Origin: an uncultured Ruminococcus sp.
GTDB lineage: Bacteria; Bacillota; Clostridia; Oscillospirales; Ruminococcaceae
Length of the DNA stretch: 41,950 nucleotides
Reading direction: 5' to 3'
Assembly: GCA_947175975.1 (NCBI GenBank)
Contig: CAMWOX010000001.1
Coordinates: forward strand, 1 to 41,950
Below are positions 7,740 through 16,745 of this stretch, in pieces. Positions within the stretch are counted from its first letter, which is position 1. Each line of letters opens with the position of its first letter. Made by a program: the position numbers and the translations under genes. Under the pieces are notes generated by a model. The model was not told the DNA's origin and searched no databases. It saw nothing but the letters and a program-made list of their open reading frames with translations.

Positions 7740-7819
7740 GGTTTTGTTTTTCTGATAAATCGCATACAATCCTTTCAGTAGCAGATCATCATCCAGAATC
7801 ATTTCATGTGTACATAATT
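7737..7819 (-). pseudogene. displaced 3'-terminal fragment of coaX (last ~25 codons plus stop)
   Basis: In the coaX frame it reads CTHEMILDDDLLLKGLYAIYQKNKT*. 73 of 79 nt match 8401-8479, with a 39-nt perfect core (7780-7818 = 8440-8478). Confidence 0.8.
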
Positions 7820-8238
7820 GTTTCCTGCAATTTTTTTAGCATAACTTTCCTATATACACATAGTAGCACAATGGATAGTATATAAGAGAAAATATGGCAA
7901 TAGCACATCAGATGATGATCTTTCTCTATTCTTCCTGAATCTGGATTATAGGCTATTTTTATAGTTTTTCCAATCAGAGAAGAAACGCCCCCGCTATGTC
8001 CCATGTAGCGACCATCCCGATAAGATGGATTATGCGTCGGATCATCCTCGGAATGCAAAACACCTTCCTTGTCAACATACTCACAAAATACAAAACCTTG
8101 AGGTTTACCAATGAAAGTAATCGTGGCTGTCGTTGTGAGCCACTCTTTTTTTTCCCAAAGATTTTGTATAGAAAATATGCATACAATAATAGCTAATATA
8201 TGAAAAAGTATCAATATATTTTTTAATTTTCTCATCAT
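7804..8238 (-). CDS. hypothetical two-TM membrane protein, DUF3592-like topology
   Basis: An N-terminal TM (ILILFHILAIIVCIF) and a C-terminal TM (IFSYILSIVLLCVY) flank a beta-rich core. GAGGA RBS. The last 5 codons run into the coaX-derived repeat. The family call is tentative. Confidence 0.6.
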   Translation of the reverse strand: MMRKLKNILILFHILAIIVCIFSIQNLWEKKEWLTTTATITFIGKPQGFVFCEYVDKEGVLHSEDDPTHNPSYRDGRYMGHSGGVSSLIGKTIKIAYNPDSGRIEKDHHLMCYCHIFSYILSIVLLCVYRKVMLKKLQETIMYT

Positions 8239-8351
8239 TATATCCTCATTTTATTACACATTCAATCACAAAGCAATCCTTATTAATGAAATTATTATTC
8301 TTCACACATGTCATTGTAGATATGCCTACAGTTTTTTTGTTTTTAATTCAT

Positions 8352-8371
8352 CCCCATCTATAAAGATGGGG
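8352..8371. terminator. GC-rich hairpin downstream of the intact coaX; atypical terminator
   Basis: CCCCATCT-ATAA-AGATGGGG. The U-rich tract follows only on the plus strand, so function as the coaX terminator is uncertain. Confidence 0.3.
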
Positions 8372-8396
8372 GCTTGCTGATTTTGATTAATTAAAA

Positions 8397-9164
8397 TTAA
8401 TTTTTATTTTTCTGGTAAATCGCATATAAGCCTTTCAGCAGCAGATCATCATCCAGAATCATTTCATGTGTACATAATGGAACAACAATCCTGGCTAAGC
8501 CACCAGTTGCAATGACCGTGCAGGACTGTCCGAGTTCCTGTTCCATTCTGGTGATCATGCCGTCAAGCATACAGGCTGTACCATAGAGAATGCCACTTTT
8601 CATGCAGTCAATTGTATTACTGCCAATGATTTTCTTCGGCGGTTCAAAACTGATTTTCGGCAGTTGAGAAGTCCTGCTGACGAGTGCATCCATAGAAGCC
8701 GCCATCCCTGTACTGATTACACCGCCGATATACTGCTTTTTTTCGTTGATCAGGGACAGTGTTGTAGCTGTTCCCATATCAATAATAATCATAGGTGCAG
8801 GATATTCCTGCAAACCTGCAACAGCATCCACAACAAGATCACTGCCGAGCTGTGCCGGATTATCAATCATGATACTTAATCCCGTCTTGATCCCCGGACC
8901 AACGACCATCACACGCTTACGGATATACTTTCCGACCGCCTCCCGGAGCGTTGCCGTTACGGACGGCACAACGGAAGAAATAATTGCATCCTGAATAGCA
9001 TCTTTTTCCACACCATGCATATCCAGTGCCATCTTGATTCCGGAAATATATTCCAGATCCGTTGCCTGCTGGTTAGTGGATAATCTTTCCCGGAACAGAA
9101 TTTTGTCTCCATCAAAACAACCCAGTACAATATTGGTATTGCCCACATCAATTGCTAATAGCAT
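8397..9164 (-). CDS. coaX: type III pantothenate kinase
   Basis: MLLAIDVGNTN start, ...IIIDMGTATT..., ...ATGGLA... ASKHA-fold motifs typical of CoaX; 255 aa. Confidence 0.92.
   Translation of the reverse strand: MLLAIDVGNTNIVLGCFDGDKILFRERLSTNQQATDLEYISGIKMALDMHGVEKDAIQDAIISSVVPSVTATLREAVGKYIRKRVMVVGPGIKTGLSIMIDNPAQLGSDLVVDAVAGLQEYPAPMIIIDMGTATTLSLINEKKQYIGGVISTGMAASMDALVSRTSQLPKISFEPPKKIIGSNTIDCMKSGILYGTACMLDGMITRMEQELGQSCTVIATGGLARIVVPLCTHEMILDDDLLLKGLYAIYQKNKN
8401..8479. repeat. coaX-resident copy of the direct repeat
   Basis: Pairs with 7741-7819 at a 660-bp offset. Forms the functional C-terminus of coaX. Confidence 0.8.
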
Positions 9165-9184
9165 AAATTTCAGCTCCTGTCAGA

Positions 9185-10027
9185 TTATAGAATCATTTCT
9201 GCATGTCTTGTTACATGACAGCCAACATTGACAGCGACCGGCAAGCCTGCAATATGTGTTGCACCCTGCTCAATGTTGACATATAGAGCTGTCACCGTAC
9301 CGCCGAATCCCTGTGCGCCGATCCCTAACTGATTGATCCTGTCAAGCATATCCTGTTCCAGTTTTGCATAGAGAGGATTGGAATTGCGTACATCCGCATC
9401 CCGGCAGAGTGCTTTTTTCGCCAGTAAAGCACATTCCTCAAAATTACCGCCGATTCCAACACCAACAACAATCGGCGGGCAAGGATTGCTTCCGGCTTTT
9501 GCAATGCAGTCTGTCACATACTGAATGATATCTTCCTGACTTGCCGCAGGAGTCATCATCCGAAGCCGGGACATATTCTCACTGCCGAAACCTTTCGGAC
9601 AGACCGTAATTTTTACCTGTTCGCCCTCTACTAGCTCCAAATGCAATATAGCAGGCGTATTATTTTTTGTATTGACTCTCTCTAAAGGATCGCCTACAAC
9701 AGAACATCTCAGGTAACCCTCCGTATAGCCCTTTGCAACCCCTGCATTAATGGCATCCCGGAGCGTACCGCCTGTCAGATGCACATCCTGTCCAAGTTCG
9801 ATAAATACCACTGCCATTCCTGTATCCTGACAGATCGGGAAATCTTCTTCCCTTGCGGCATCCAGATTTGCCAGTAGATCATCAAAAACGGCTTTGGCAA
9901 CAGGGGATTTTTCCTGCTGTGCGCACGCCTGAATTTTTTTTTCCAGATTTTCCGGTAAAATTTTATTTGCCTGAATGCAAAGCTTTGCAACAGCTTCTGT
10001 AATCTCTTGTGCTGTGATTTCTCTCAT
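9185..10027 (-). CDS. Fe-S type hydro-lyase alpha subunit (class I fumarate hydratase / L-tartrate dehydratase alpha)
   Basis: FPICQDTGMAVVF, CPKGFGSENMS and NPCPPIVVGVGIGG are hallmark motifs of the FumA N-terminal/TtdA domain. Confidence 0.88.
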   Translation of the reverse strand: MREITAQEITEAVAKLCIQANKILPENLEKKIQACAQQEKSPVAKAVFDDLLANLDAAREEDFPICQDTGMAVVFIELGQDVHLTGGTLRDAINAGVAKGYTEGYLRCSVVGDPLERVNTKNNTPAILHLELVEGEQVKITVCPKGFGSENMSRLRMMTPAASQEDIIQYVTDCIAKAGSNPCPPIVVGVGIGGNFEECALLAKKALCRDADVRNSNPLYAKLEQDMLDRINQLGIGAQGFGGTVTALYVNIEQGATHIAGLPVAVNVGCHVTRHAEMIL

Positions 10028-10047
10028 GACTCACAATCACTCACTTT

Positions 10048-11238
10048 CTAAAAATTTTTCAGGATCTCTTTTTTCAACAGAATCAGATCATAAACATTCA
10101 CAATATGATTCTGATCCAGATCTGCATTTTTCCACAACTGTGCAGAAATGTTCTCCTGCCCGAGCAGATACTTCTGCATCTTCACCAGATCTGTCACAGA
10201 AACCTGTTCATCTCCTGTTAGATCGCCCTGGACAAGCTGGATTTTCAGATATTCTCCTAGAGAAATAAATGAATTATTATTGACTTCATAGAAATATGCC
10301 GTAGAATCCAGATAACCATGAATAGCAGTTGCCGCCGGAATTGTCTTTGCATCATCGGAAATTTCACAATCCGGATTCAGAATTGTGACATGTTTCAGAG
10401 AGCGGCATTTCTCAAATGCAGACCTGCCAATTTCTGTGACACCATCAGGAATCACCAGATCCGTCAGATTGCCACAGCTTGCAAATGCGCCCTCACCGAT
10501 TCTTGTAATACCATCCGGGAATGAAATTTCCGCCAGATTCCGGCAGAAATAAAATGCCTGGTCGCTGATCTCCATCAGATTCTCCGACAATGTCACATGT
10601 TTCAAACTGCTGCAAGCCTTACATGCAGATTCCTGCATCACAATCACACTGTCCGGCATGATAATCTCTTGCAGATTCCGGCAATCAGAAAAAGCTTCCT
10701 GTGCAATTTCTGTGACACCGTCCGGAATGTGATAGCTGGTTTCTGGACTGCCCTCAGGATAATCAATTAACACAGTCTGCTCTTTATTGAAAAGCACACC
10801 ATCCACACTGGAATAATTCTGATTTCCGTCTGAAACAGTTATTTCCGCAATACCGCAGACAAAAGCATCCGCCGCAATCTCTTCGACACAATCCGGAATC
10901 GCAATACTTCTCAAAGATGTACATTTTGAGAATGCGCCTGAACTGATCAGCGTCACGCTGTCCGGAATGCTGATCTCTGTCAGATATGCACAGTTAGCAA
11001 ACGAAGATCCACCGATTTCCGTCACAGGCAGATGCTCGATTTCTGCCGGAATCACAACAGTTGTGACAGTCTTATCACAACCTGTGATCGTCACATGATC
11101 AGAACAGGCTTTATAAAACAGATTTTCATAGATTCCCTCTGTGGAATCTTCCGCACATACTGAAACAGATATACTGCCAGATACCAGCACAGATGCCAGT
11201 ATAACCTGAAACATTCTCTGCATCACTTTTCTGTACAT
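10048..11238 (-). CDS. secreted BspA-type leucine-rich-repeat protein with C-terminal type-I dockerin
   Basis: Signal peptide. Repeated IPDxVTxIgxxAFxxC units. C-terminal duplicated Ca-binding loops GDLTGDEQVSVTD and ADLDQNHIVNVYD. Confidence 0.85.
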   Translation of the reverse strand: MYRKVMQRMFQVILASVLVSGSISVSVCAEDSTEGIYENLFYKACSDHVTITGCDKTVTTVVIPAEIEHLPVTEIGGSSFANCAYLTEISIPDSVTLISSGAFSKCTSLRSIAIPDCVEEIAADAFVCGIAEITVSDGNQNYSSVDGVLFNKEQTVLIDYPEGSPETSYHIPDGVTEIAQEAFSDCRNLQEIIMPDSVIVMQESACKACSSLKHVTLSENLMEISDQAFYFCRNLAEISFPDGITRIGEGAFASCGNLTDLVIPDGVTEIGRSAFEKCRSLKHVTILNPDCEISDDAKTIPAATAIHGYLDSTAYFYEVNNNSFISLGEYLKIQLVQGDLTGDEQVSVTDLVKMQKYLLGQENISAQLWKNADLDQNHIVNVYDLILLKKEILKNF

Positions 11239-11265
11239 AAAATTCTCCTCTCTTCCGGGCAGAAT

Positions 11266-12417
11266 TTATGGGATGATCTTTCCGTTGATCATCACCCATT
11301 CCGGATCTTGCATCACATCCAAGGGATCATCCGCAAACAGCACAAGATCGGCATCCAGACCGACAGCGATTCTGCCAATCCGGTCAGAAACACCCAGCAT
11401 ATCCGCTGGCTCGGAAGTCAATGCCCGGAGTGCGATTTCCCTTGGCAGACCGCCTTTCACAGCCAATGCCGCTGACAAGGGCAAATACTGGATCGGTACT
11501 TCGGGATGATCCGTACAGATCGCAATTTTTACGCCGTTTTCATGTAAGATAGCTGCATTTTGCAATTCCAGATTCTGCATTTCCGGCTTACATCTGTCAC
11601 AGATCACAGGACCTACAATCATGGATAATCCCCATTCACCGAACAAATCTGCTGATATATGCGCTCCCGTTCCGTGAATAATCACAAATTCCAAGCCAAA
11701 CTCTTTACAGATTCTCACTGCTGTACAAATATCATCTGCCCTGTGACAGTGAAAATGTGCTTTCATCCTGCCGTCCAGAAGCGGCAGTAATGCCTCACAC
11801 TTGGCATCATATTCCGGCGGTTCTTCTTCATCCGGGTGTTCTTCAAAACGCTGTAATCTTTCAGAATATAATTTGGCTTTCTGCAAGCCCTCTCGGATCA
11901 GAGCCGCCGTTGCCATGCGGGTGACAGGCATTTCCTCACGGTTACTGTAAGTAGACTTGGGATTTTCCCCCAGAGCAAATTTCATTCCGCAGGTTTTCAC
12001 TGCCATTTCGTCCACGCATCTGCCATATGTCTTCATCAGGAGCATATCACCGCCGCAGGCATTAGCACTGCCGGGAGACACCATCACAGAAGTGATCCCA
12101 TGCTGACATGCCTCCTGAAAACATCTGTCATGAGGATTAACCCCGTCAATTGCCCGGAGCTGTGGTGTAAACGGATCAGAAATCTCGTTGCAGTCGTCCC
12201 CCTCAAAATCAATGCCATTTTCAATAATACCCAGGTGAGTATGTGCATCAATCAGCCCCGGCAGAAGCTGACCGCCCTGTGCATCTATATCCTGAATTGT
12301 GATGCGATCAGGCTTCCCCTGCTCCACAGCAGTAATTTTTCCGTTCTGAATTTCTACATAGCCATAAAAATGCATGTCTTCCGTCATGGAATAAATTTCA
12401 GCATTATAAATCAACAT
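11266..12417 (-). CDS. amidohydrolase family metallo-hydrolase
   Basis: LPGLIDAHTHLG metal-binding HxH motif; C-terminal GxxADLVLF motif. 7-nt overlap with aroK. Confidence 0.8.
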   Translation of the reverse strand: MLIYNAEIYSMTEDMHFYGYVEIQNGKITAVEQGKPDRITIQDIDAQGGQLLPGLIDAHTHLGIIENGIDFEGDDCNEISDPFTPQLRAIDGVNPHDRCFQEACQHGITSVMVSPGSANACGGDMLLMKTYGRCVDEMAVKTCGMKFALGENPKSTYSNREEMPVTRMATAALIREGLQKAKLYSERLQRFEEHPDEEEPPEYDAKCEALLPLLDGRMKAHFHCHRADDICTAVRICKEFGLEFVIIHGTGAHISADLFGEWGLSMIVGPVICDRCKPEMQNLELQNAAILHENGVKIAICTDHPEVPIQYLPLSAALAVKGGLPREIALRALTSEPADMLGVSDRIGRIAVGLDADLVLFADDPLDVMQDPEWVMINGKIIP

Positions 12418-12932
12418 AAATTTTCTTTCTCCTCAGATACTGGGATTCCCAGTGCAATGATAATATTCCGGACTGCGGCATTGATGCTCCGGGAAACATC
12501 TACTTTATGCGTACAGTGCTTTTCATAGATCACATAACGTTCATCATAGAGCTGATTCAATTGCTGTTTGGTACTGCGTCTTACAATTGGTCTGTCAGAA
12601 TCGGCAATCCGAAAATAACATGTCCGGAAAGGCACATCCAGCAAAACAACTTGACCAGATTTTCGGGCAATTTCCGCATTAACCTCCCTTAGCATTGCAC
12701 CGCCGCCACATGCGATCACACCTTCACGACCGGAAAGATCCTGCACAGCCTGCGTTTCCAGATCCCGGAAATGCGATTCACCGTATTTCTCAAAAATTTG
12801 CGGGATTGTCATTTCAGCCTGTTCTTCAATATAGCTGTCCATATCCACAAAATCCATCTCTAATTTTTTTGCCAGTTTCGAGCCAATAGTACTTTTGCCG
12901 CAGCCCATAAATCCACATAGAAAAATCGTCAT
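12411..12932 (-). CDS. aroK: shikimate kinase
   Basis: Walker A GFMGCGKSTIG, DxD (FVDMDSYIE), GGGA lid motif; 173 aa. Confidence 0.9.
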   Translation of the reverse strand: MTIFLCGFMGCGKSTIGSKLAKKLEMDFVDMDSYIEEQAEMTIPQIFEKYGESHFRDLETQAVQDLSGREGVIACGGGAMLREVNAEIARKSGQVVLLDVPFRTCYFRIADSDRPIVRRSTKQQLNQLYDERYVIYEKHCTHKVDVSRSINAAVRNIIIALGIPVSEEKENLC

Positions 12933-12969
12933 ATCTGATTCACCTTACTACTCATAATATCCGGAATTT

Positions 12970-13821
12970 TCAGGATCTCTCCGGAAAAAGCCGGTTCACT
13001 TCCTGTTCCATCTCTGCAATCAGTTTCTGAATTTCTTCCGGATCGTATTGTACTTGATTCCATATTTCGTGCGCACGGACTGCCTGCCATACCAGCATTG
13101 CAGAACCACTCACAGCTTTTTTTCCCATTTCTCTTGCTTTCTTCACAAGTGCTGTCTCTGTCGGATTATAAATTACATCAAATACATTTGCACTGTTCCG
13201 GATCAGCGTATCACTTACCGGACAAGCATTTACTTTCGGATACATTCCCACCGGACTGGCATTCATAAGAAGATCAAATTTTTCCTGATTCTGATCCAGA
13301 ATCTCCGCATTTGAGATCCGGATTTCTGCATCTGGATATTTCTGCTTCAATTCCCGCACGAGAGACTCCGCACGTGCCTGATCGGGTTCAGAAATTGTCA
13401 GATTTGCACCATGAAGAACAGCTTCTGTTGCCATCATCCTACCGACACCGCCGCAGCCGATCAGTAATACTTTTCCATTCAGAGGCATATCCTGCACACT
13501 TCTCAGGAATCCAGTACAATCTGTATTATAGCCATGCAACTTTTGATCCGGTGTAACTGCCACACAGTTCACGGATGCATATCTCTGTGCTGTTTCGTCC
13601 ATAATATCCATATAGGGCAGAATATCTGTCTTGTAGGGAATTGTAATATTAAAACCTTTTAATTTTTTCAGTTCCGGAAGCTTTCCGGCAAGCTCTTCCG
13701 GTGCGATTTCTGTGAGTGTATATTCTCCATTCCGTCCGAATAGAGAGAATAATTTCTTATGAATCCAGGGAGACATCGAGTGTCCCAAAGGATAACCAAT
13801 CAGTGTATAATTATCATTCAT
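12970..13821 (-). CDS. aroE: shikimate 5-dehydrogenase
   Basis: GYPLGHSMSP, NITIPYK, NTDCTGF, GCGGVGR Rossmann motif. Confidence 0.9.
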   Translation of the reverse strand: MNDNYTLIGYPLGHSMSPWIHKKLFSLFGRNGEYTLTEIAPEELAGKLPELKKLKGFNITIPYKTDILPYMDIMDETAQRYASVNCVAVTPDQKLHGYNTDCTGFLRSVQDMPLNGKVLLIGCGGVGRMMATEAVLHGANLTISEPDQARAESLVRELKQKYPDAEIRISNAEILDQNQEKFDLLMNASPVGMYPKVNACPVSDTLIRNSANVFDVIYNPTETALVKKAREMGKKAVSGSAMLVWQAVRAHEIWNQVQYDPEEIQKLIAEMEQEVNRLFPERS

Positions 13822-13853
13822 GTAAAAAACCTCCGGTAATTTATATATGTTAT

Positions 13854-13882
13854 ATCATAACATACTTTCCGAGAAATTACAA
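13854..13882 (-). promoter_or_regulatory. sigma-A promoter for aroE and downstream genes
   Basis: Minus strand reads TTGTAA-17 nt-TGt-TATGAT. Confidence 0.55.
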
Positions 13883-13903
13883 GTAGTTCCCGAAAAAAAG
13901 TCG

Positions 13904-13932
13904 TTGACAAATCTCAGAAACTATGGTATATT
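13904..13932 (+). promoter_or_regulatory. sigma-A promoter for the MBL-fold lipoprotein gene
   Basis: TTGACA-17 nt-TGg-TATATT. Confidence 0.6.
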
Positions 13933-13995
13933 TAATAATAATTTCAGATTTCTGTGCAAAACTGAAATAAAATTCTATCAGGAAGTGACTGCGAT

Positions 13996-14898
13996 ATGCT
14001 GAGAAAAAAAATAAGTACACTGCTTCTGAGCTGTGCAATCCTGTTGACAGGATGTGTCAAAACAACTCCCGTTGACAATCCTGCCTTAAAATCAGAGTAT
14101 CAGCCCACAGAATGCTATAACCTCAAACTCTGCTGTCTGAAATTAGGCAAAGCTGACGGCATGGTGATCCAGACACAGAATCATACAATTGTAATTGACT
14201 GCGGCGAAAAAAGCGACGGCAGTAAGATGCGTCGCTGTCTGAATGCTCTGGGTGTGGAAAAAATTGATTACATGATCCTGACACATTATGACCAGGATCA
14301 TATCGGCGGTGCATCCAAAGTAATCGATAATTTTGAAGTATCACACATCCTTGCACCGGATTATGCTCACTCTGAAAGTAGTGAATTTCGGAAACTGACA
14401 GAAAGTATGACAGAAAAAAATCTGGATTTTGAATTTGTGAAACAAGATACCAGTATTATTCTGGATGATGCAAAATTTATTATCTATCCTTCGGAATCAG
14501 ATTCTTATCTGGAGGGTGATGACAATAATTTTTCTCTGGTGACAAGACTCCAGCACCATGAAAATATTTTCCTGTTTACGGCAGATGCCATGTATGAACG
14601 ATTAGAGGAAATCATGGATCTTGGCGACTGCACATTCCTGAAAGAACCCTATCACGGCAAAGAATTAAAGAATCTTGGGAAATTCCTGGATGCTGTCACT
14701 CCGGAATATGCTGTTATCTCGACTTCAGAAGAATATCTTGCAGAAAGTACAATCACAGCACTTCAGGAACGTGATATTGAAACCTATCTGACTTATGAAC
14801 AAGGCAATATGGAATTTATCAGTGACGGCAAAACTTTGCAGTTTCAAAACAATATCGAATATCCGAAAGTCAATTCCGAAGAAGAATCCAGCACATAA
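13996..14898 (+). CDS. MBL-fold metallo-hydrolase lipoprotein (ComEC C-terminal-domain-like)
   Basis: Lipobox LLTGC; metallo-beta-lactamase motif LTHYDQDHIGG. Confidence 0.8.
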   Translation: MLRKKISTLLLSCAILLTGCVKTTPVDNPALKSEYQPTECYNLKLCCLKLGKADGMVIQTQNHTIVIDCGEKSDGSKMRRCLNALGVEKIDYMILTHYDQDHIGGASKVIDNFEVSHILAPDYAHSESSEFRKLTESMTEKNLDFEFVKQDTSIILDDAKFIIYPSESDSYLEGDDNNFSLVTRLQHHENIFLFTADAMYERLEEIMDLGDCTFLKEPYHGKELKNLGKFLDAVTPEYAVISTSEEYLAESTITALQERDIETYLTYEQGNMEFISDGKTLQFQNNIEYPKVNSEEESST

Positions 14899-14928
14899 CA
14901 AAAGGCGTACCGGTTGGTACACCTTTTG
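14899..14928. terminator. bidirectional terminator between convergent genes
   Basis: Stem CAAAAGGCGTACC/GGTACACCTTTTG with loop GGTT; T-rich on both exits. Confidence 0.65.
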
Positions 14929-14955
14929 CTTACTTTCTATAAAAATCACCCGGAT

Positions 14956-16353
14956 TCAGTCTAATCCTACAATTTTCCGCAGAACTGCCATGGAATCTGT
15001 CAGTTCAATCCTACCGCTTCCGTCCATATCTGCATATTGCAACTGCTCCGGTGTACAGGATTCCACCCCGACAACAACACGATTCATGAAAACCACATCC
15101 AGAATGTCAACACTTCCATTCAGATCAGCATCGCCTGCCTGATAAGACTCCTGATCCAATGCATGAAACACCAGATTATTTTCTTCTGCAAAATCCTGTG
15201 CAGTCGAATCCACATAACCTGTCAGGATTCCCTTTCTCTGGAGCTGATCTGCATGAAAATTGGATGTTTTGATATTCTGCATAATGGAATCATACGTTTC
15301 TGCACCCAGAAATTCTACGCTTAGTGCAGCACTCATGTAATCAAAAATCAGCGGATTCTGTGCATACAGATTTTTAAATAATCTCTGGTTCCATTCTCTG
15401 TCCGGATCATACCACAGGCAGATTTGATAAGGTGCTTCCCAGTCAATGCAAGTACCGAATGCATATTTCTGGAACTGCATTTCCGGATTCAGGACTGTAA
15501 TATTTTCCAAACTCTTACAGTTGAAAAATACCCCTTCTCCCAAGGATTCCACAGATTCCGGGAGTGTAAGATTTTCCAGATTTACGCAGTTATAAAACGC
15601 ATACTCCCCAATTTCCGTGACAGAATCCGGAATCTGAATGTTTGTCATCGTCGCACAATGTGCGAATGCAAACGCATCAATTTTTTGTACGGAATCTGGT
15701 AAAATAATCTCATATTCCTGCAAGATGGGATTCCAAATCTGATCTTCCGGTTCTGCCTCCGGATTAAGGATTTCTATATCAATAAAATCATAATCTGTAC
15801 AATTCCCGAATGCAAATGGTCGGATTTCCGTCACACCTTCCGGCACTGTGAAATTCGTTCCCTCCGCATAATATAACACATCATCCAGAATCACAAATTC
15901 ATGTTCCTGGATATACGCCGTTCCGGACAGACAGTGAAAATTGAACTCCTGAATATGCTCCAATCCGTTGATTTCTGTCAGTTTCGGATCATCATAGAAT
16001 ACATACGGTGCAAGAACCGTAAAACTGGATGGGATTGTGATTTTCTCCAGATTCGGATAATGGGAAAATGTATAATCTCCTGTCCCGGTGATTCCCTCCT
16101 CCAGAACAATCTCATAAATATCTTCTGAATATACATCCCATTCCGGGAGATCATAATCTGCAAACCAGACATCCGTGAAAATTTCGCCCTCACCGGAAAC
16201 CGTCAGCACATGATCCCGGATTTCATAATCGAGATCACACCAAGTACCGGAAATGACTTCCGGATTTCCGGAATCCTCTGCAAAAGCCACGAGATTGGAT
16301 AAACTGATCGCAGCAACCGCCAAAGCGGCAAACCTGGAACTGCATTTTTTCAT
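14956..16353 (-). CDS. secreted BspA-type leucine-rich-repeat protein with C-terminal type-I dockerin
   Basis: Start moved to the ATG at 16353 (MKKCSSRF signal peptide, AGGAGG RBS). LRR units IPDSVTEIGEYAFYNC. Dockerin loops GDADLNGSVDILD and ADMDGSGRIELTD. Confidence 0.85.
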   Translation of the reverse strand: MKKCSSRFAALAVAAISLSNLVAFAEDSGNPEVISGTWCDLDYEIRDHVLTVSGEGEIFTDVWFADYDLPEWDVYSEDIYEIVLEEGITGTGDYTFSHYPNLEKITIPSSFTVLAPYVFYDDPKLTEINGLEHIQEFNFHCLSGTAYIQEHEFVILDDVLYYAEGTNFTVPEGVTEIRPFAFGNCTDYDFIDIEILNPEAEPEDQIWNPILQEYEIILPDSVQKIDAFAFAHCATMTNIQIPDSVTEIGEYAFYNCVNLENLTLPESVESLGEGVFFNCKSLENITVLNPEMQFQKYAFGTCIDWEAPYQICLWYDPDREWNQRLFKNLYAQNPLIFDYMSAALSVEFLGAETYDSIMQNIKTSNFHADQLQRKGILTGYVDSTAQDFAEENNLVFHALDQESYQAGDADLNGSVDILDVVFMNRVVVGVESCTPEQLQYADMDGSGRIELTDSMAVLRKIVGLD

Positions 16354-16454
16354 GATAAAAACCTCCTGTAAAATTGTTTCTATCTCTCTCACGGAAATCT
16401 TTCACAGAATGTGCAGAAATTCTCTGAAAAAATCTTTTTTTGGCAGATTGCACA

Positions 16455-16483
16455 AAGAACCGCCTGGAAAGCAGGCGGTTCTT
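16455..16483. terminator. hairpin terminator after the S4-domain gene
   Basis: 12-bp stem AAGAACCGCCTG/CAGGCGGTTCTT with loop GAAAG. The T-tract is clearer on the plus side. Confidence 0.5.
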
Positions 16484-16496
16484 GTATTTTTCGTAT

Positions 16497-16742
16497 TTAA
16501 TTGCTGATCACTTCATACATCGCAGCAGCATCCGCTTTTGTGACATGTTCTGGAATTGACAGCACACGGACTTTCACAGGCTTTGTACCCATCTGGATCT
16601 CAATGACATCCTGCAATTTCACATCATAGGATGCCCTTGCAACTTTATCATTGACAAGCACTTTTCCGGCATCACAGACTTCGTTTGCAATTGTCCGTCT
16701 TTTAATTAATCTCGAATTTTTTAAATATTTATCCAGTCTCAT
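16497..16742 (-). CDS. RNA-binding S4-domain protein (YabO/Hsp15-like)
   Basis: MRLDKYLKNSRLIKRRTIANEVCDAGKVLVN S4 motif; 81 aa. yabO position next to mazG/hup. Confidence 0.85.
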   Translation of the reverse strand: MRLDKYLKNSRLIKRRTIANEVCDAGKVLVNDKVARASYDVKLQDVIEIQMGTKPVKVRVLSIPEHVTKADAAAMYEVISN

Positions 16743-16745
16743 GAG

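Noticed and set aside
8239-8250. TATAAT immediately before the ATG of the 7804-8238 gene, suggesting a leaderless mRNA
   Set aside because: A GAGGA RBS lies at normal spacing upstream of the ATG, so the TATAAT is more simply read as RBS-to-start spacer. TTGAAT does lie 17 nt upstream of it, but that match is weak support in such AT-rich sequence.
8246-8314. 22-codon minus-strand ORF (MTCVKNNNFINKDCFVIECVIK) just upstream of the DUF3592-like gene. It is tempting to read it as a Cys-containing bacteriocin-like or leader peptide next to a CPBP immunity-type gene.
   Set aside because: There is no Shine-Dalgarno sequence before its ATG, no double-glycine or other leader motif, and it is very AT-rich sequence where short ORFs arise by chance. 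It would be worth revisiting only if ribosome profiling or peptide data exist.
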